A stretch of DNA of 48,677 nt from Mycoavidus cysteinexigens (GCA_031963365.1 JASSUF010000001.1:1-48677); one strand, 5' to 3'; positions 1 through 8,146 are shown, numbered from the stretch's first letter. Numbers and translations: made by a program. Notes: a model not told the origin generated them from the letters alone.

Positions 1-119
1 GTTTCATATTTTGGGGAGCAGGAGCGCAGGGACCGGAACTGTACTTACGTACAGTGAGGATTCCGAGCACCGCACGACCTCAAAGATGGGCCCTTTGAGG
101 CAATTGAGGACGCACCCTA
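1..119. repeat. Family-1 palindromic MITE-like repeat, copy truncated by the window edge
   Basis: Near-identical to 47170-47289 and, in reverse orientation, to the core of 36227-36310. Ends in the arm caattgaggacgcacccta. Confidence 0.8.
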
Positions 120-138
120 GAGTATGGATTAAAAATGC

Positions 139-1908
139 TTATAAATCTTCCGACCCCAAGAGCATCTCCGTAATTCCCTGCCCTGCTTGCACCATAGGCC
201 AAACATTCTCTTGCTGATCGGTTTGAAAATCTAAAAAGACCGTCCGATTTTTTAAAGCAAGCGCTTCTCGCAGAGCGGGTTCCACCTCGGAGGGTTTTTC
301 GATACGCATTCCTACATGGCCATAAGCCTGCGCTAATTTCACAAAATCAGGCAATGCTTCCATATAAGAATGGGAATAGCGTTTTTTGTATTCAATCTGC
401 TGCCATTGGCGCACCATGCCAAGGTAGCGATTATTAAGAGAAACGATCTTAATCGGCGTATCGTGTTGCAAGCAGGTAGATAATTCCTGAATGCACATCT
501 GGATGGAACCCTCACCGGTTACACACACCACATCATCATTCGGGTGTGCCATCTTAACGCCCATGGCTGCGGGCAACCCAAACCCCATTGTTCCCAAACC
601 GCCTGAATTAATCCAACGGCGCGGTTGATCAAATTTGTAATATTGCGCAGCCCACATCTGATGTTGCCCCACATCTGAGCATACAAATGCATTGCCATTG
701 GTCAGTTTATGCAAAACCTCGATCACATATTGCGGCTTCACAATATCACTGGCTCGGTCATACTTCATGCAATCTATCTGTCGCCAGGCTTCAATTTGCT
801 CCCACCATGCGGCTCTAGCTGCTTGTTGCGCCTTATACGCGGGTTTCTCACTATGCGATTTTTGCATAGCAGGCAGACGCTCAAGCATCTGTAGTAACAC
901 TTCCTTCACATCTCCAACGATTGGAATATCGACTTTTACGCGTTTAGAAATGGAGGAAGGATCGATATCAATATGAATAATAGTACGCGGCACTTGTGCG
1001 AAGTGCTCTGTATTACCAATCACACGGTCATCAAAACGCGCGCCAATAGCAATAAGCACATCGCAATGCTGCATGGCCATATTGGCTTCATACGTACCAT
1101 GCATGCCAAGCATGCCCAAAAATTTCTTATCTGATGCCCGAAAACCACCCAAGCCCATCAAGGTATTCGTGACGGGGTAACCTAAAATATCAGCGAATTG
1201 ATTAAGCTCAGAAGAAGCATTCGCTGAAATCACGCCACCACCGGTATAAATATAGGGGCGCTCTGCACTTAATAATGCGTCTAACGCTTTGTGAATATGG
1301 CCTGAATGCCCTTTTGTAATGGGGTTGTAGGAACGCAAATGAATACTTTTTGGATAGTCAAATTCGCAAAGCTCCTTCGACACATCTTTAGGAATATCCA
1401 CCAAAACAGGGCCAGGCCGGCCCGTACGCGCAATGTGAAAAGCTTTTGCTATCGTTGACGCAAGCAAATTTACATCTTTCACCAAGAAATTATGCTTCAC
1501 ACACGGCCTGGTAATACCTACCGTATCGCATTCTTGAAAAGCATCTTGCCCAATAGCTGCGCGAGGCACTTGACCACTAATCACCACCAATGGAATGGAA
1601 TCCATATAAGCCGTGGCAATACCTGTAACGGCATTGGTAGCACCTGGCCCTGATGTAACCAGACATACACCCACTTTCCCCGTCGAGCGCGCATAGGCAT
1701 CGGCTGCGTGCACGGCAGCTTGCTCATGACGCACAAGAATATGCTGAACCGCATCTTGCTTATACAGTTCATCATAAATATGTAGCACAGACCCGCCAGG
1801 GTAACCCCAGATAAACTCCACCCCTTCATGCGCTAGTGCTTTCATAAGCACGGTTGCGCCGATAGAAGGGCTGGCTGTCACACTTTCAGTATTTTCAGAC
1901 TCGTTCAT
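139..1908 (-). CDS. ilvI: Acetolactate synthase (AHAS) large subunit
   Basis: 589-aa ORF with ThDP-enzyme motifs (GYPGGSVL, VTSGPGATNAVTGIATAYMDSIPLVV, GGLGTMGFGLPAAMG, NNRYLGMVRQWQ). Collinear by eye with E. coli IlvI. Confidence 0.93.
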   Translation of the reverse strand: MNESENTESVTASPSIGATVLMKALAHEGVEFIWGYPGGSVLHIYDELYKQDAVQHILVRHEQAAVHAADAYARSTGKVGVCLVTSGPGATNAVTGIATAYMDSIPLVVISGQVPRAAIGQDAFQECDTVGITRPCVKHNFLVKDVNLLASTIAKAFHIARTGRPGPVLVDIPKDVSKELCEFDYPKSIHLRSYNPITKGHSGHIHKALDALLSAERPYIYTGGGVISANASSELNQFADILGYPVTNTLMGLGGFRASDKKFLGMLGMHGTYEANMAMQHCDVLIAIGARFDDRVIGNTEHFAQVPRTIIHIDIDPSSISKRVKVDIPIVGDVKEVLLQMLERLPAMQKSHSEKPAYKAQQAARAAWWEQIEAWRQIDCMKYDRASDIVKPQYVIEVLHKLTNGNAFVCSDVGQHQMWAAQYYKFDQPRRWINSGGLGTMGFGLPAAMGVKMAHPNDDVVCVTGEGSIQMCIQELSTCLQHDTPIKIVSLNNRYLGMVRQWQQIEYKKRYSHSYMEALPDFVKLAQAYGHVGMRIEKPSEVEPALREALALKNRTVFLDFQTDQQENVWPMVQAGQGITEMLLGSEDL

Positions 1909-2055
1909 CGTGGATTCTTTAGAAACTTTTTAGCAATGGTAAAACACACCCTAGAAGCTAAGCAGCACGTTAGGGTAGCGCTTATTTTCAGGATTTTTCG
2001 GGTCCTCTATTTTAGAGGCTAGCTCACGATAGGGATATAAGGATGAATATAATAA

Positions 2056-2083
2056 TTGACCCGGCGACGCGACGCACTATAAT
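2056..2083 (+). promoter_or_regulatory. Sigma70-type promoter for tRNA-Leu
   Basis: TTGACC (2056-2061), 16-nt GC-rich spacer, perfect TATAAT (2078-2083), ~30 nt upstream of the tRNA. Confidence 0.6.
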
Positions 2084-2113
2084 GGCATGCTTTTGAAAGA
2101 TTGTCTGTGCAAA

Positions 2114-2198
<85 letters not shown>

Positions 2199-2230
2199 AA
2201 AAATTTTTCACTGATCGTCAAGTTTTATCC

Positions 2231-2267
2231 AAACCCCGAGAATTCATAAGGATCCTCGGGGTTTTTG
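2231..2267 (+). terminator. Rho-independent terminator after tRNA-Leu (phage-supplied surrogate)
   Basis: ccccgag (2234-2240) pairs with ctcgggg (2255-2261), followed by tttttg. Resembles the displaced native hairpin at 36125-36159. Confidence 0.7.
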
Positions 2268-2311
2268 TTGTTAGCTTTTATCTTATTTTTTTATTGACTG
2301 CACAGGAAATT

Positions 2312-2360
2312 GGGGGGATATTCGGGGGTACAAAAAACACTGCAGCAAATTTATACCCCC
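2312..2360. promoter_or_regulatory. Putative integrase arm-type binding repeats (GGGGGTAT-like), attL side
   Basis: gggggatat (2313), gggggtaca (2324) and inverted tataccccc (2352-2360) lie just upstream of int. The same motif is repeated twice at 35992-36012. Confidence 0.45.
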
Positions 2361-2361
2361 A

Positions 2362-3684
2362 ATGGATTATTCCATGCACCTAACTGATATAGCAGCACGC
2401 AATGCTAAGCCCAAAGACAAGCGTTACAAACTCGCTGATAGTGGAGGATTATTTCTAGAAGTGCTCCCCGCTGGCGGGAAATATTGGCGCATGAAATACC
2501 GGAGCGATGGCAAGGAAAATTGCCTAGCGTTAGGCGTCTACCCTAAAGTAACACTTGCTCAGGCTCGCGCAGCACGCGACGCTGCAAAAAAGCAAATAAC
2601 TGATGGCGTAAATCCTGCCCATGAAAGAAAAAAGAAAAAATATCAAGCTTCTGTGAAAAAGGCACATTCTTTTAAAGCCATTGCAGAAGAATGGCTAGAA
2701 AAGCGCGAAGATGACTGGTCTAAAGATTACGCTCAAAAAAAGCGAGACATATTAGAAAAAGATATTTTTCCTTCACTTGGTCCATTCTCTATCGCAGAAA
2801 TTACGGCAGCAGAACTATTACCCGTAATACAAAAAATTGAGAAGCGAGATGCATTAGAAACTTCGCGCAAAGCTTTACAAACTTGCGGACAAATTTTCCG
2901 GTATGCCATAGCAACCGGTCGAGCCAAGCGTAATCCATCGCCAGACTTACGGGGCGCACTTAAAACTCGCTCAGTCAAACATATGGCACGCATTAAAGAA
3001 TCTAACTTTCCAGAGCTTTTGCACAAAATTTCGGAGTACGCAAATAGCCATGAATCAAAAGGAGAGCCATTGACGGAGCTAGCGCTTGATCTAATGACAC
3101 TGACCTTTGTGCGCACTACTGAGTTGCGGTTTGCAGAATGGAGTGAGATTGATTTTAAAAAGCAAGAATGGCGCATCCCTGCTGAAAAAATGAAGAAAGA
3201 CCGCGAGCATGTTGTACCCTTGAGTAAACAAACTCTTACTATTTTGCAAAAATTACGCGCATTAACCGGTAAATATCAATGGCTTTTTCCAGGGGCACGA
3301 TCAACTAAAACGGTAATGAGTGAAAATACCATTCTGTATGCGTTATATCGCATGGGATACCATAGTCGAATGACTGGACATGGTTTTCGTGGGCTAGCGT
3401 CTACGATCCTGAATGAGCATGGTTTTGATAAAGATTGGGTCGAGCGGCAGTTGGCCCATGAGGATGAAGACGAAACACGGGCTGCGTACAATCATGCTGA
3501 ATATTTACCACAGCGCCGCTATATGATGCAGTGGTGGGCCGATTACCTGGATAGAAGAATGGCAGAAAACTATCCAGAGCACGGCAAAGAAAGGTTTATA
3601 GAGTGCGACCCTGATGTGGAAGCAAGGTTCATAGCCCCTCCTCCGCCCGTTGTTCCTCTGTTTGGTAATTGGCCGGGTCTTTAA
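2362..3684 (+). CDS. int: Tyrosine integrase, P4-like (DUF4102-type N-terminal arm-binding domain)
   Basis: N-terminus LTDIAARNAKPKDKRYKLADSGGLFLEVLPAGGKYWRMKY. Catalytic-domain motifs RTTELRFAEW, HGFRGLAST and AAYNHAEY. Adjacent to the tRNA att site. An alternative start at 2374 is possible. Confidence 0.9.
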   Translation: MDYSMHLTDIAARNAKPKDKRYKLADSGGLFLEVLPAGGKYWRMKYRSDGKENCLALGVYPKVTLAQARAARDAAKKQITDGVNPAHERKKKKYQASVKKAHSFKAIAEEWLEKREDDWSKDYAQKKRDILEKDIFPSLGPFSIAEITAAELLPVIQKIEKRDALETSRKALQTCGQIFRYAIATGRAKRNPSPDLRGALKTRSVKHMARIKESNFPELLHKISEYANSHESKGEPLTELALDLMTLTFVRTTELRFAEWSEIDFKKQEWRIPAEKMKKDREHVVPLSKQTLTILQKLRALTGKYQWLFPGARSTKTVMSENTILYALYRMGYHSRMTGHGFRGLASTILNEHGFDKDWVERQLAHEDEDETRAAYNHAEYLPQRRYMMQWWADYLDRRMAENYPEHGKERFIECDPDVEARFIAPPPPVVPLFGNWPGL

Positions 3685-3850
3685 AATAGCGATGTAATTC
3701 CCGGTTAAGCCAAACCGAGCAGCGTTGCGATAAATGTATGCGTTTAGGGAAGCGCCCTGCAAGCTCATAATTGCGAAGTGCGCTTCTACTAAAAGATAGA
3801 TAGTGTTTAAGGCCGTTCCAGCTAATAAAACCATCTAATGGTAAAGCCAT
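3629..3850 (-). CDS. AlpA/Xis-like small DNA-binding protein (putative excisionase)
   Basis: Internal Met start at 3850. Motif LSFSRSALRNYELAGRFPKRIHLSQRCSVWLNRELHRYF is typical of the AlpA/MerR-type phage HTH. Convergent with and overlapping the int 3' end. Confidence 0.6.
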   Translation of the reverse strand: MALPLDGFISWNGLKHYLSFSRSALRNYELAGRFPKRIHLSQRCSVWLNRELHRYFKDPANYQTEEQRAEEGL

Positions 3851-3986
3851 AGGTTCCGAGCAAATTTCAGCGGACTGTCCAACTAAGGGTGAAAGCAATG
3901 CTTTTTTCTGAAAGGTCATAGTTTCTATCTCAAAGAGAATATACATTCTGGGCCCACTACATATTGCTTAAGTGCAAATAATAGAT

Positions 3987-4601
3987 TTACTTGTACATCG
4001 CTTCTTTCTGAGAACGGATATGCTCTCGCCATTCCTGACTGGCATAAATTTTTTCTTGGATTTTTTTCGGCAGGCGATTTAGAAGTGCTTCATCAGGATC
4101 TTGGATATCAAAAAACTCCAATGCATGCGTATTTTTAGGAAACGGTAAGGAGAGTCCCCGAGGCATTGGGGAGAGGCTAGCAACGTTTGACCAGGTTTTA
4201 CCATCGCGTGCGGTAAGCATGACATTTACCATGCAGAACAGACCGAGTAGGCTTTCGAGATTAAATCCTGGCTCCGTATCTCCTCCTCCATGTAACTCTT
4301 CTTCACTAAAGGCAAGTCCACGCCATGATTCCAAATCTGCGCGCAACGTAGCTCGATCATTGAGGCTGAGGGTATAGATTTTGGCGATAGTCAGATGAAG
4401 CGCATCCTCTGCAGGGAGCGATTCTCCTTGCTCTTCTTGCGTATAGAGCTCCCATCCTATAAGCACCTTACGCCGTAGGCGCATCTCTCCTTCATAGAGT
4501 GATTCTTGCGTTCCTAGATCAATAATGCGGTAGCAGCGGCCAATATGGTTTCCTGCTGGCACTGGTTTAGTCTGGGGATGTGCCATGGCAATTAACGACA
4601 T
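3987..4601 (-). CDS. Phage early protein, function unknown (possibly OB-fold/DUF669-like)
   Basis: 204-aa ORF in the leftward early operon, overlapping the upstream small ORF. Family assignment is from memory of similar prophage proteins only. Confidence 0.5.
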   Translation of the reverse strand: MSLIAMAHPQTKPVPAGNHIGRCYRIIDLGTQESLYEGEMRLRRKVLIGWELYTQEEQGESLPAEDALHLTIAKIYTLSLNDRATLRADLESWRGLAFSEEELHGGGDTEPGFNLESLLGLFCMVNVMLTARDGKTWSNVASLSPMPRGLSLPFPKNTHALEFFDIQDPDEALLNRLPKKIQEKIYASQEWREHIRSQKEAMYK

Positions 4602-4777
4602 GCTGAGCTCCTATAGTAGATTGTAAAACTGGGGCCTGGATACCAGCACCCCTTTGACTCAAAACCACAACGGCCCAATAAGCCTGTAGCGAGCACTAGC
4701 AATACGATACCTAGTGCGCTACAGGGCCTAAAACGGACTGCATGGGCAAATTTGAACAGTTGCACAATAGACATCAC
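4592..4777 (-). CDS. Small membrane protein (one TM)
   Basis: 61-aa ORF packed between neighbouring genes (10-nt overlap downstream). Hydrophobic stretch ALGIVLLVLATGLLG. Confidence 0.4.
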   Translation of the reverse strand: MMSIVQLFKFAHAVRFRPCSALGIVLLVLATGLLGRCGFESKGCWYPGPSFTIYYRSSACR

Positions 4778-4786
4778 GCCATCCGA

Positions 4787-5026
4787 TCATCCAAGATGGT
4801 TAGGATCAGTAGGCCGCGTGGTCTCTTGCTCTGAATCACTGAGCATCTCTTTTTCACGCTCATCCTCTCTCTCCCGCGCCAATTCTTTAGAAACGTTGAA
4901 CATACGTTGCAGGATATCGGCTAAAGCCACTTGTTTTTTCTTAGGTATTTTTGCGAGTAGGTTTTCCTCGCTGCATGCTTTCTCTTCATCATCGGAACCG
5001 CTATTGTTTTCATCGTTATAGGGCAT
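4787..5026 (-). CDS. Small acidic phage early protein
   Basis: Start taken at MPYNDENN. The longer ORF-track N-terminus runs into the family-2 repeat. Highly acidic (DDEE, EREDEREKE). Confidence 0.4.
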   Translation of the reverse strand: MPYNDENNSGSDDEEKACSEENLLAKIPKKKQVALADILQRMFNVSKELAREREDEREKEMLSDSEQETTRPTDPNHLG

Positions 5027-5068
5027 GACTTCTCTCCTGATAGTTATGACTTCTTTCGAAACCAAGTA

Positions 5069-5201
5069 GGTAGGTTGGGGTGAGGTACGAACCCCAACAT
5101 GCATACCACTTACCTGTAATCATCGCTTTTGACATGCGTATGCAGGTTTTCAAAGGATAGTGGCGTGCATATTGGGGTTCCTTCGTCACCACCAACCTAC
5201 C
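5069..5201. repeat. Family-2 REP/BIME-like inverted pair, copy inside the prophage
   Basis: Units ggtaggttgg..gaaccccaacatgcataccac (5069-5109) and gtggcgtgcatattggggttccttcgtcaccaccaacctacc (5160-5201) match the units at 39628-39769 and 41450-41557. Confidence 0.8.
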
Positions 5202-5242
5202 ATTTATATTAGTATAATGCTAATAGTATAGTAAAGAGGTTT

Positions 5243-5252
5243 TGTAGTATTT
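5243..5252 (-). promoter_or_regulatory. Candidate left operator half-site (AAATACTACA)
   Basis: Reverse complement of tgtagtattt equals the 10-mer at 6416-6425 (9/10 with 6436-6445). TAGTAT-type variants lie nearby at 5209-5232. Confidence 0.35.
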
Positions 5253-5318
5253 TTAATATTTTTTGCAAAAAAAATCGCTATCCGTAGATAACGATCCATT
5301 TTTTGAGGAGGGGGAAAG

Positions 5319-5554
5319 TTAAGAGCGTGCGGCTCGCCAGCCTTTACTCGCCTTATACGACAGACTCGCCGCACCCGCCATCGCCCTATCGAGGTGATCC
5401 TCGTAATATCCACTGATATACACCAGCTCCTTACCGTCTTCGAAGAGTTCCACCACCATTTGGCCGATACAGGGCGGTCCGACTCTTTCTGTTCCAGAAG
5501 GTGGGTCGTTTGCTATTTTTTTTGTGGCGCATTAAACAACAGAATATTTCCCAT
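5319..5554 (-). pseudogene. Split small ORF: 13-codon ORF with strong SD ending at an A8 tract, continuing in the -1 frame for 65 codons
   Basis: ggagg SD 5 nt before the ATG at 5554. Frame 0 reads ...cca caa aaa aaa tag. The -1 frame from the last A stays open to the TAA at 5319-5321. Confidence 0.35.
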
Positions 5555-5653
5555 GTGGCCTCCATTCATAAACTGTCATTTTTTAACTATCTGTAGGATA
5601 CGAGCAATAAGGTTTATAAGGTAAGTAATTGAAATAAGACAAATAAAAAGAGT

Positions 5654-5700
5654 AAAAAAAGCGCTGCAACCCGTCTGAGGTGCAGCGCTTTTTCTTTTTT
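5654..5700. terminator. Bidirectional Rho-independent terminator downstream of the repressor gene
   Basis: gcgctgca (5661-5668) pairs with tgcagcgc (5681-5688), flanked by an A-run upstream and a T-run downstream. Confidence 0.7.
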
Positions 5701-5705
5701 ATCGC

Positions 5706-6410
5706 CTAACTGGCTTTCTTGATAGTGGTTGAATCTTTGGCTGGTTTCGTGGTCGTTTCATTCTGAAAAAGCAATGGACGCCGCTGGAAAGGCTTAGGTG
5801 CAGCAGTCTTTACGGGTTGGGCTTTTGTGTGCTGCCCTAATACTTCTGCAATCCCTATGAGCTGCTCGATTTGTTCTGATGACAGCTCCTTAATAGCGTG
5901 TAAGAGCCGTTGCTTGGTGGTCGAGGTAGAGGGAATAGCATTTTGCGGCGCAGGAGGTAATGCGCTTTCCTGCCCGGTGACCAACCACCCTTCGTTCACT
6001 CCTAATACCGCAGCGAGTTTTGCGCTTTCTCGGCTGCGCTTATTACGCCCTTGTTCCAAATGTCCAATAGCGGTTTGACTCATGTCTGCTGCGTCTGCAA
6101 GCTCTTGCTGAGATAAGCCGCGTGCCATGCGCGTTGCTTTCAATCGAGAAGCAAAACTCTCTGTATCGGCAGATGCATGCTCTGTAGCAGGATCGGCGGA
6201 CGATACTTCTTTCATGCCTGTGGCTAACCATCTCAGGCTGATGCCTAACGCAGAGGCGATTTCAGGGAATCGCCACCCACTACGTACTTTCCCATTCTCT
6301 ATACGTGCAATGACCTCAGGATCTATGCCTGTTTTTTGGGCAAGTTCTTCCGGCGACCAACCACGGGCCGTGCGAGCTTGCATAAGACGAGAAGCGAAAT
6401 TATTACTCAT
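5706..6410 (-). CDS. Prophage repressor with two tandem XRE-family HTH domains (CI-like)
   Basis: Start at MSNNFASRL. Two HTH_3-like units (FASRLMQARTARGWSPEELAQKTGIDPEVIARIENG and FASRLKATRMARGLSQQELADAADMSQTAIGHLEQG). Divergent from a Cro-like gene. No S24 peptidase motif seen. Confidence 0.8.
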   Translation of the reverse strand: MSNNFASRLMQARTARGWSPEELAQKTGIDPEVIARIENGKVRSGWRFPEIASALGISLRWLATGMKEVSSADPATEHASADTESFASRLKATRMARGLSQQELADAADMSQTAIGHLEQGRNKRSRESAKLAAVLGVNEGWLVTGQESALPPAPQNAIPSTSTTKQRLLHAIKELSSEQIEQLIGIAEVLGQHTKAQPVKTAAPKPFQRRPLLFQNETTTKPAKDSTTIKKAS

Positions 6411-6514
6411 GTAATAAATACTACACGGTATTTGCAAATACTACTAGTAGATTTTTTCTCAGTTAAGCAGTATTGTGCTGATAGTATTATACTATTTAAC
6501 CTACTACACTCACT
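6411..6514. promoter_or_regulatory. Divergent immunity-switch region with repeated operators
   Basis: aaatactaca (6416-6425) and aaatactact (6436-6445) are 20 bp apart. Inverted agtatt half-sites are at 6469-6474 and 6483-6488. The region lies between the divergent repressor and cro-like genes. Confidence 0.6.
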
Positions 6515-6712
6515 ATGAATGCTCAGGAAATCGTTTTAGCGCTTCGCGCGCAAGGATGGCGGCAACAAGCTATTGCCAGGCGCGTTCGTCTTTCGCAAGG
6601 GGCGATCAGCCATATACAGCAAGGTCGCGGAAAAGACGTAATGGCCTCGACTTATCAGCGCTTATTGAAATTATATGAATCTGTGGTGAATGCACCGTCT
6701 ATCACGCAGTAG
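6515..6712 (+). CDS. Cro-like small HTH regulator
   Basis: 65 aa with RQQAIARRVRLSQGAISHIQQG as HTH. First gene of the rightward early operon. Confidence 0.65.
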   Translation: MNAQEIVLALRAQGWRQQAIARRVRLSQGAISHIQQGRGKDVMASTYQRLLKLYESVVNAPSITQ

Positions 6713-6741
6713 AAGTCCTATCAGCTTAACAAGGAGTCATC

Positions 6742-7050
6742 ATGAAACAGACTGATTTTGAATTATATATGGATACCTGGCGCAAAGATGATGGATTGCG
6801 CAGTTGTTCTTTAGCGGCGCGTGGGCTGTGGGCAGATATGTTCATCATCATGCATGAGGCAAAACACTATGGTTTTCTAACGCTGAAGAATGGGCAGCCA
6901 CTTTATGCCACGCAGCTTTCTCGTATCACCGGCGTAGCGAAATCTACGCTAAAACGCCTCATTGCAGAACTGGAGCATGCGGGTGTTTTGTACCGTAATC
7001 TTAGTGGTCAACTCTATGCCAATTGCATGGTGAAACACTATGAAGCATAA
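6742..7050 (+). CDS. Phage early protein, possible winged-helix replisome-organiser N-terminal-like protein
   Basis: 102 aa with SD aaggag upstream. ATQLSRITGVAKSTLKRLIAELEHAGVL looks like a wHTH. Overlaps the next gene. Confidence 0.45.
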   Translation: MKQTDFELYMDTWRKDDGLRSCSLAARGLWADMFIIMHEAKHYGFLTLKNGQPLYATQLSRITGVAKSTLKRLIAELEHAGVLYRNLSGQLYANCMVKHYEA

Positions 7051-8146
7051 CTATGAAGCCGCTTTGGAGTTGCCAGATACATTGACGCCTGCAGAATGTG
7101 ATTTACGTGATTTTCCATTTATGCAGGTGGATGTCGCACGATTGCGCGATAGTGATCTCGCAGCGCTTGAAACGCCAGAAGCCTGTTGGGCGGCCATGTT
7201 GCTGTGGTGTGCGTCATGGCATCAAGTCCCTGCAGCCTCTTTGCCGGATGACGATAGGGTATTAGCGCGTATTGCAGGATATGGCCGTTGTGTCCAAGTC
7301 TGGAAAAAATTTAAAAAGGGGGCGCTACGTGGATTCGTAAAGTGTAGTGATGGCCGTTTGTATCACCCCGTGGTTGCAGAAAAAGCCAATGCTGCATGGA
7401 AGCTCAAACTGCAGCATAACTATGTCAAATTTGAAGGCCGCATGCGCAAGCACAATAAAAAACGTGCTGAGCAAGGGCGCACCATATTCAAGATTCTTTC
7501 TTTTGAGCAATGGCAACAGGCAGGCTACCCTGCTATGAGTCAGGAAGAAGAAGCAAAAACAGCTACATGTACTCCACCATCTTCCCATGCAGAGCAAAAA
7601 ACTTCTTTGAAATTGGTGAAGAATTCCAACGCTGCTCGAGAAGAGCATAGTTCTCTTTCCAGTGAAATTTCTAAAAATTCTTCTCATTCCGGTGGAATTT
7701 CAAAAAATTCCGCCGGAATTCCTTTGGAAAATGCTCTTAAAAGAGAAGGAGAGGGAGAAGGAGAAGGAAAGGGAGAAGGAGATTTATTTAAAAAACATTC
7801 CGTTCCTAACGGAACGGAGCAAAGCTCGCAATCCGGCTTGGATGCGCAAGATGCGTTGTTTCGTTTGGCAGTCCCGTGGTTGATTGAACGTGGGGTAATG
7901 GACCGCTCAGCGCGGTCTTTGTTGGGTGCGGCGGTTAAGCAGCTTGGGGCTATGGAGGCATGGGAATTAGCTCAGCGCTGTATGCAGGAAAAGCCGTTAG
8001 AGCCTGCGCAGTGGCTCGCAGCTGGCATTCAAGCACAGATGAAATCCACAAAACGCGTGGTAGGTCAAGCGGTAGGCAAGCAAGCTGCTCTAGAGGCGCA
8101 TAACCGCGAGATCGCAGCACGCCTGATAGCTGGGAGAGTCGGATGA
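7040..8146 (+). CDS. DUF1376 (YdaU-like) phage replication-associated protein
   Basis: N-terminal pattern DFPFMQVDVARLRDSDLAALETPEACWAAMLLWCASWHQVPAASLPDDD is typical of DUF1376. Low-complexity EGEGEGEGKGEGD linker. Confidence 0.6.
   Translation: MKHNYEAALELPDTLTPAECDLRDFPFMQVDVARLRDSDLAALETPEACWAAMLLWCASWHQVPAASLPDDDRVLARIAGYGRCVQVWKKFKKGALRGFVKCSDGRLYHPVVAEKANAAWKLKLQHNYVKFEGRMRKHNKKRAEQGRTIFKILSFEQWQQAGYPAMSQEEEAKTATCTPPSSHAEQKTSLKLVKNSNAAREEHSSLSSEISKNSSHSGGISKNSAGIPLENALKREGEGEGEGKGEGDLFKKHSVPNGTEQSSQSGLDAQDALFRLAVPWLIERGVMDRSARSLLGAAVKQLGAMEAWELAQRCMQEKPLEPAQWLAAGIQAQMKSTKRVVGQAVGKQAALEAHNREIAARLIAGRVG
7615..7820. promoter_or_regulatory. Candidate phage origin of replication inside the replication gene
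   Basis: Contains ggaattt-caaa-aaattcc and ggaattcc palindromes (7694-7722), a 44-nt pure polypurine tract (7739-7782), an AT-rich block, then the 8-bp inverted repeat tccgttcc/ggaacgga (7799-7818). Confidence 0.35.

Noticed and set aside
11-217. ORFs reading through family-1 repeats with a recurring peptide (…SRSAGTG..L.YSED.EHRTTSKMGPL…): 11-217, 36207-36581 and the first 57 codons of 47161-47745.
   Set aside because: The shared peptide comes from translating a palindromic noncoding repeat that occurs in both orientations. There are no SD sites, and the real downstream gene at 47332 has its own SD.
692-976. Many 60-150 aa ORFs antisense or out of frame inside long genes, for example 692-976, 1581-1829, 2733-3176, 11485-12134, 12383-12841, 13138-13605, 26838-27191 and 39005-39454.
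   Set aside because: They are fully nested in well-supported CDSs, have biased low-complexity composition typical of shadow ORFs, and lack SD sites.
7739-7782. GA-rich tract, or the various repeats, as a CRISPR array or microsatellite locus.
   Set aside because: It is a single polypurine run within a CDS. There is no repeat-spacer periodicity anywhere in the window and no cas genes.
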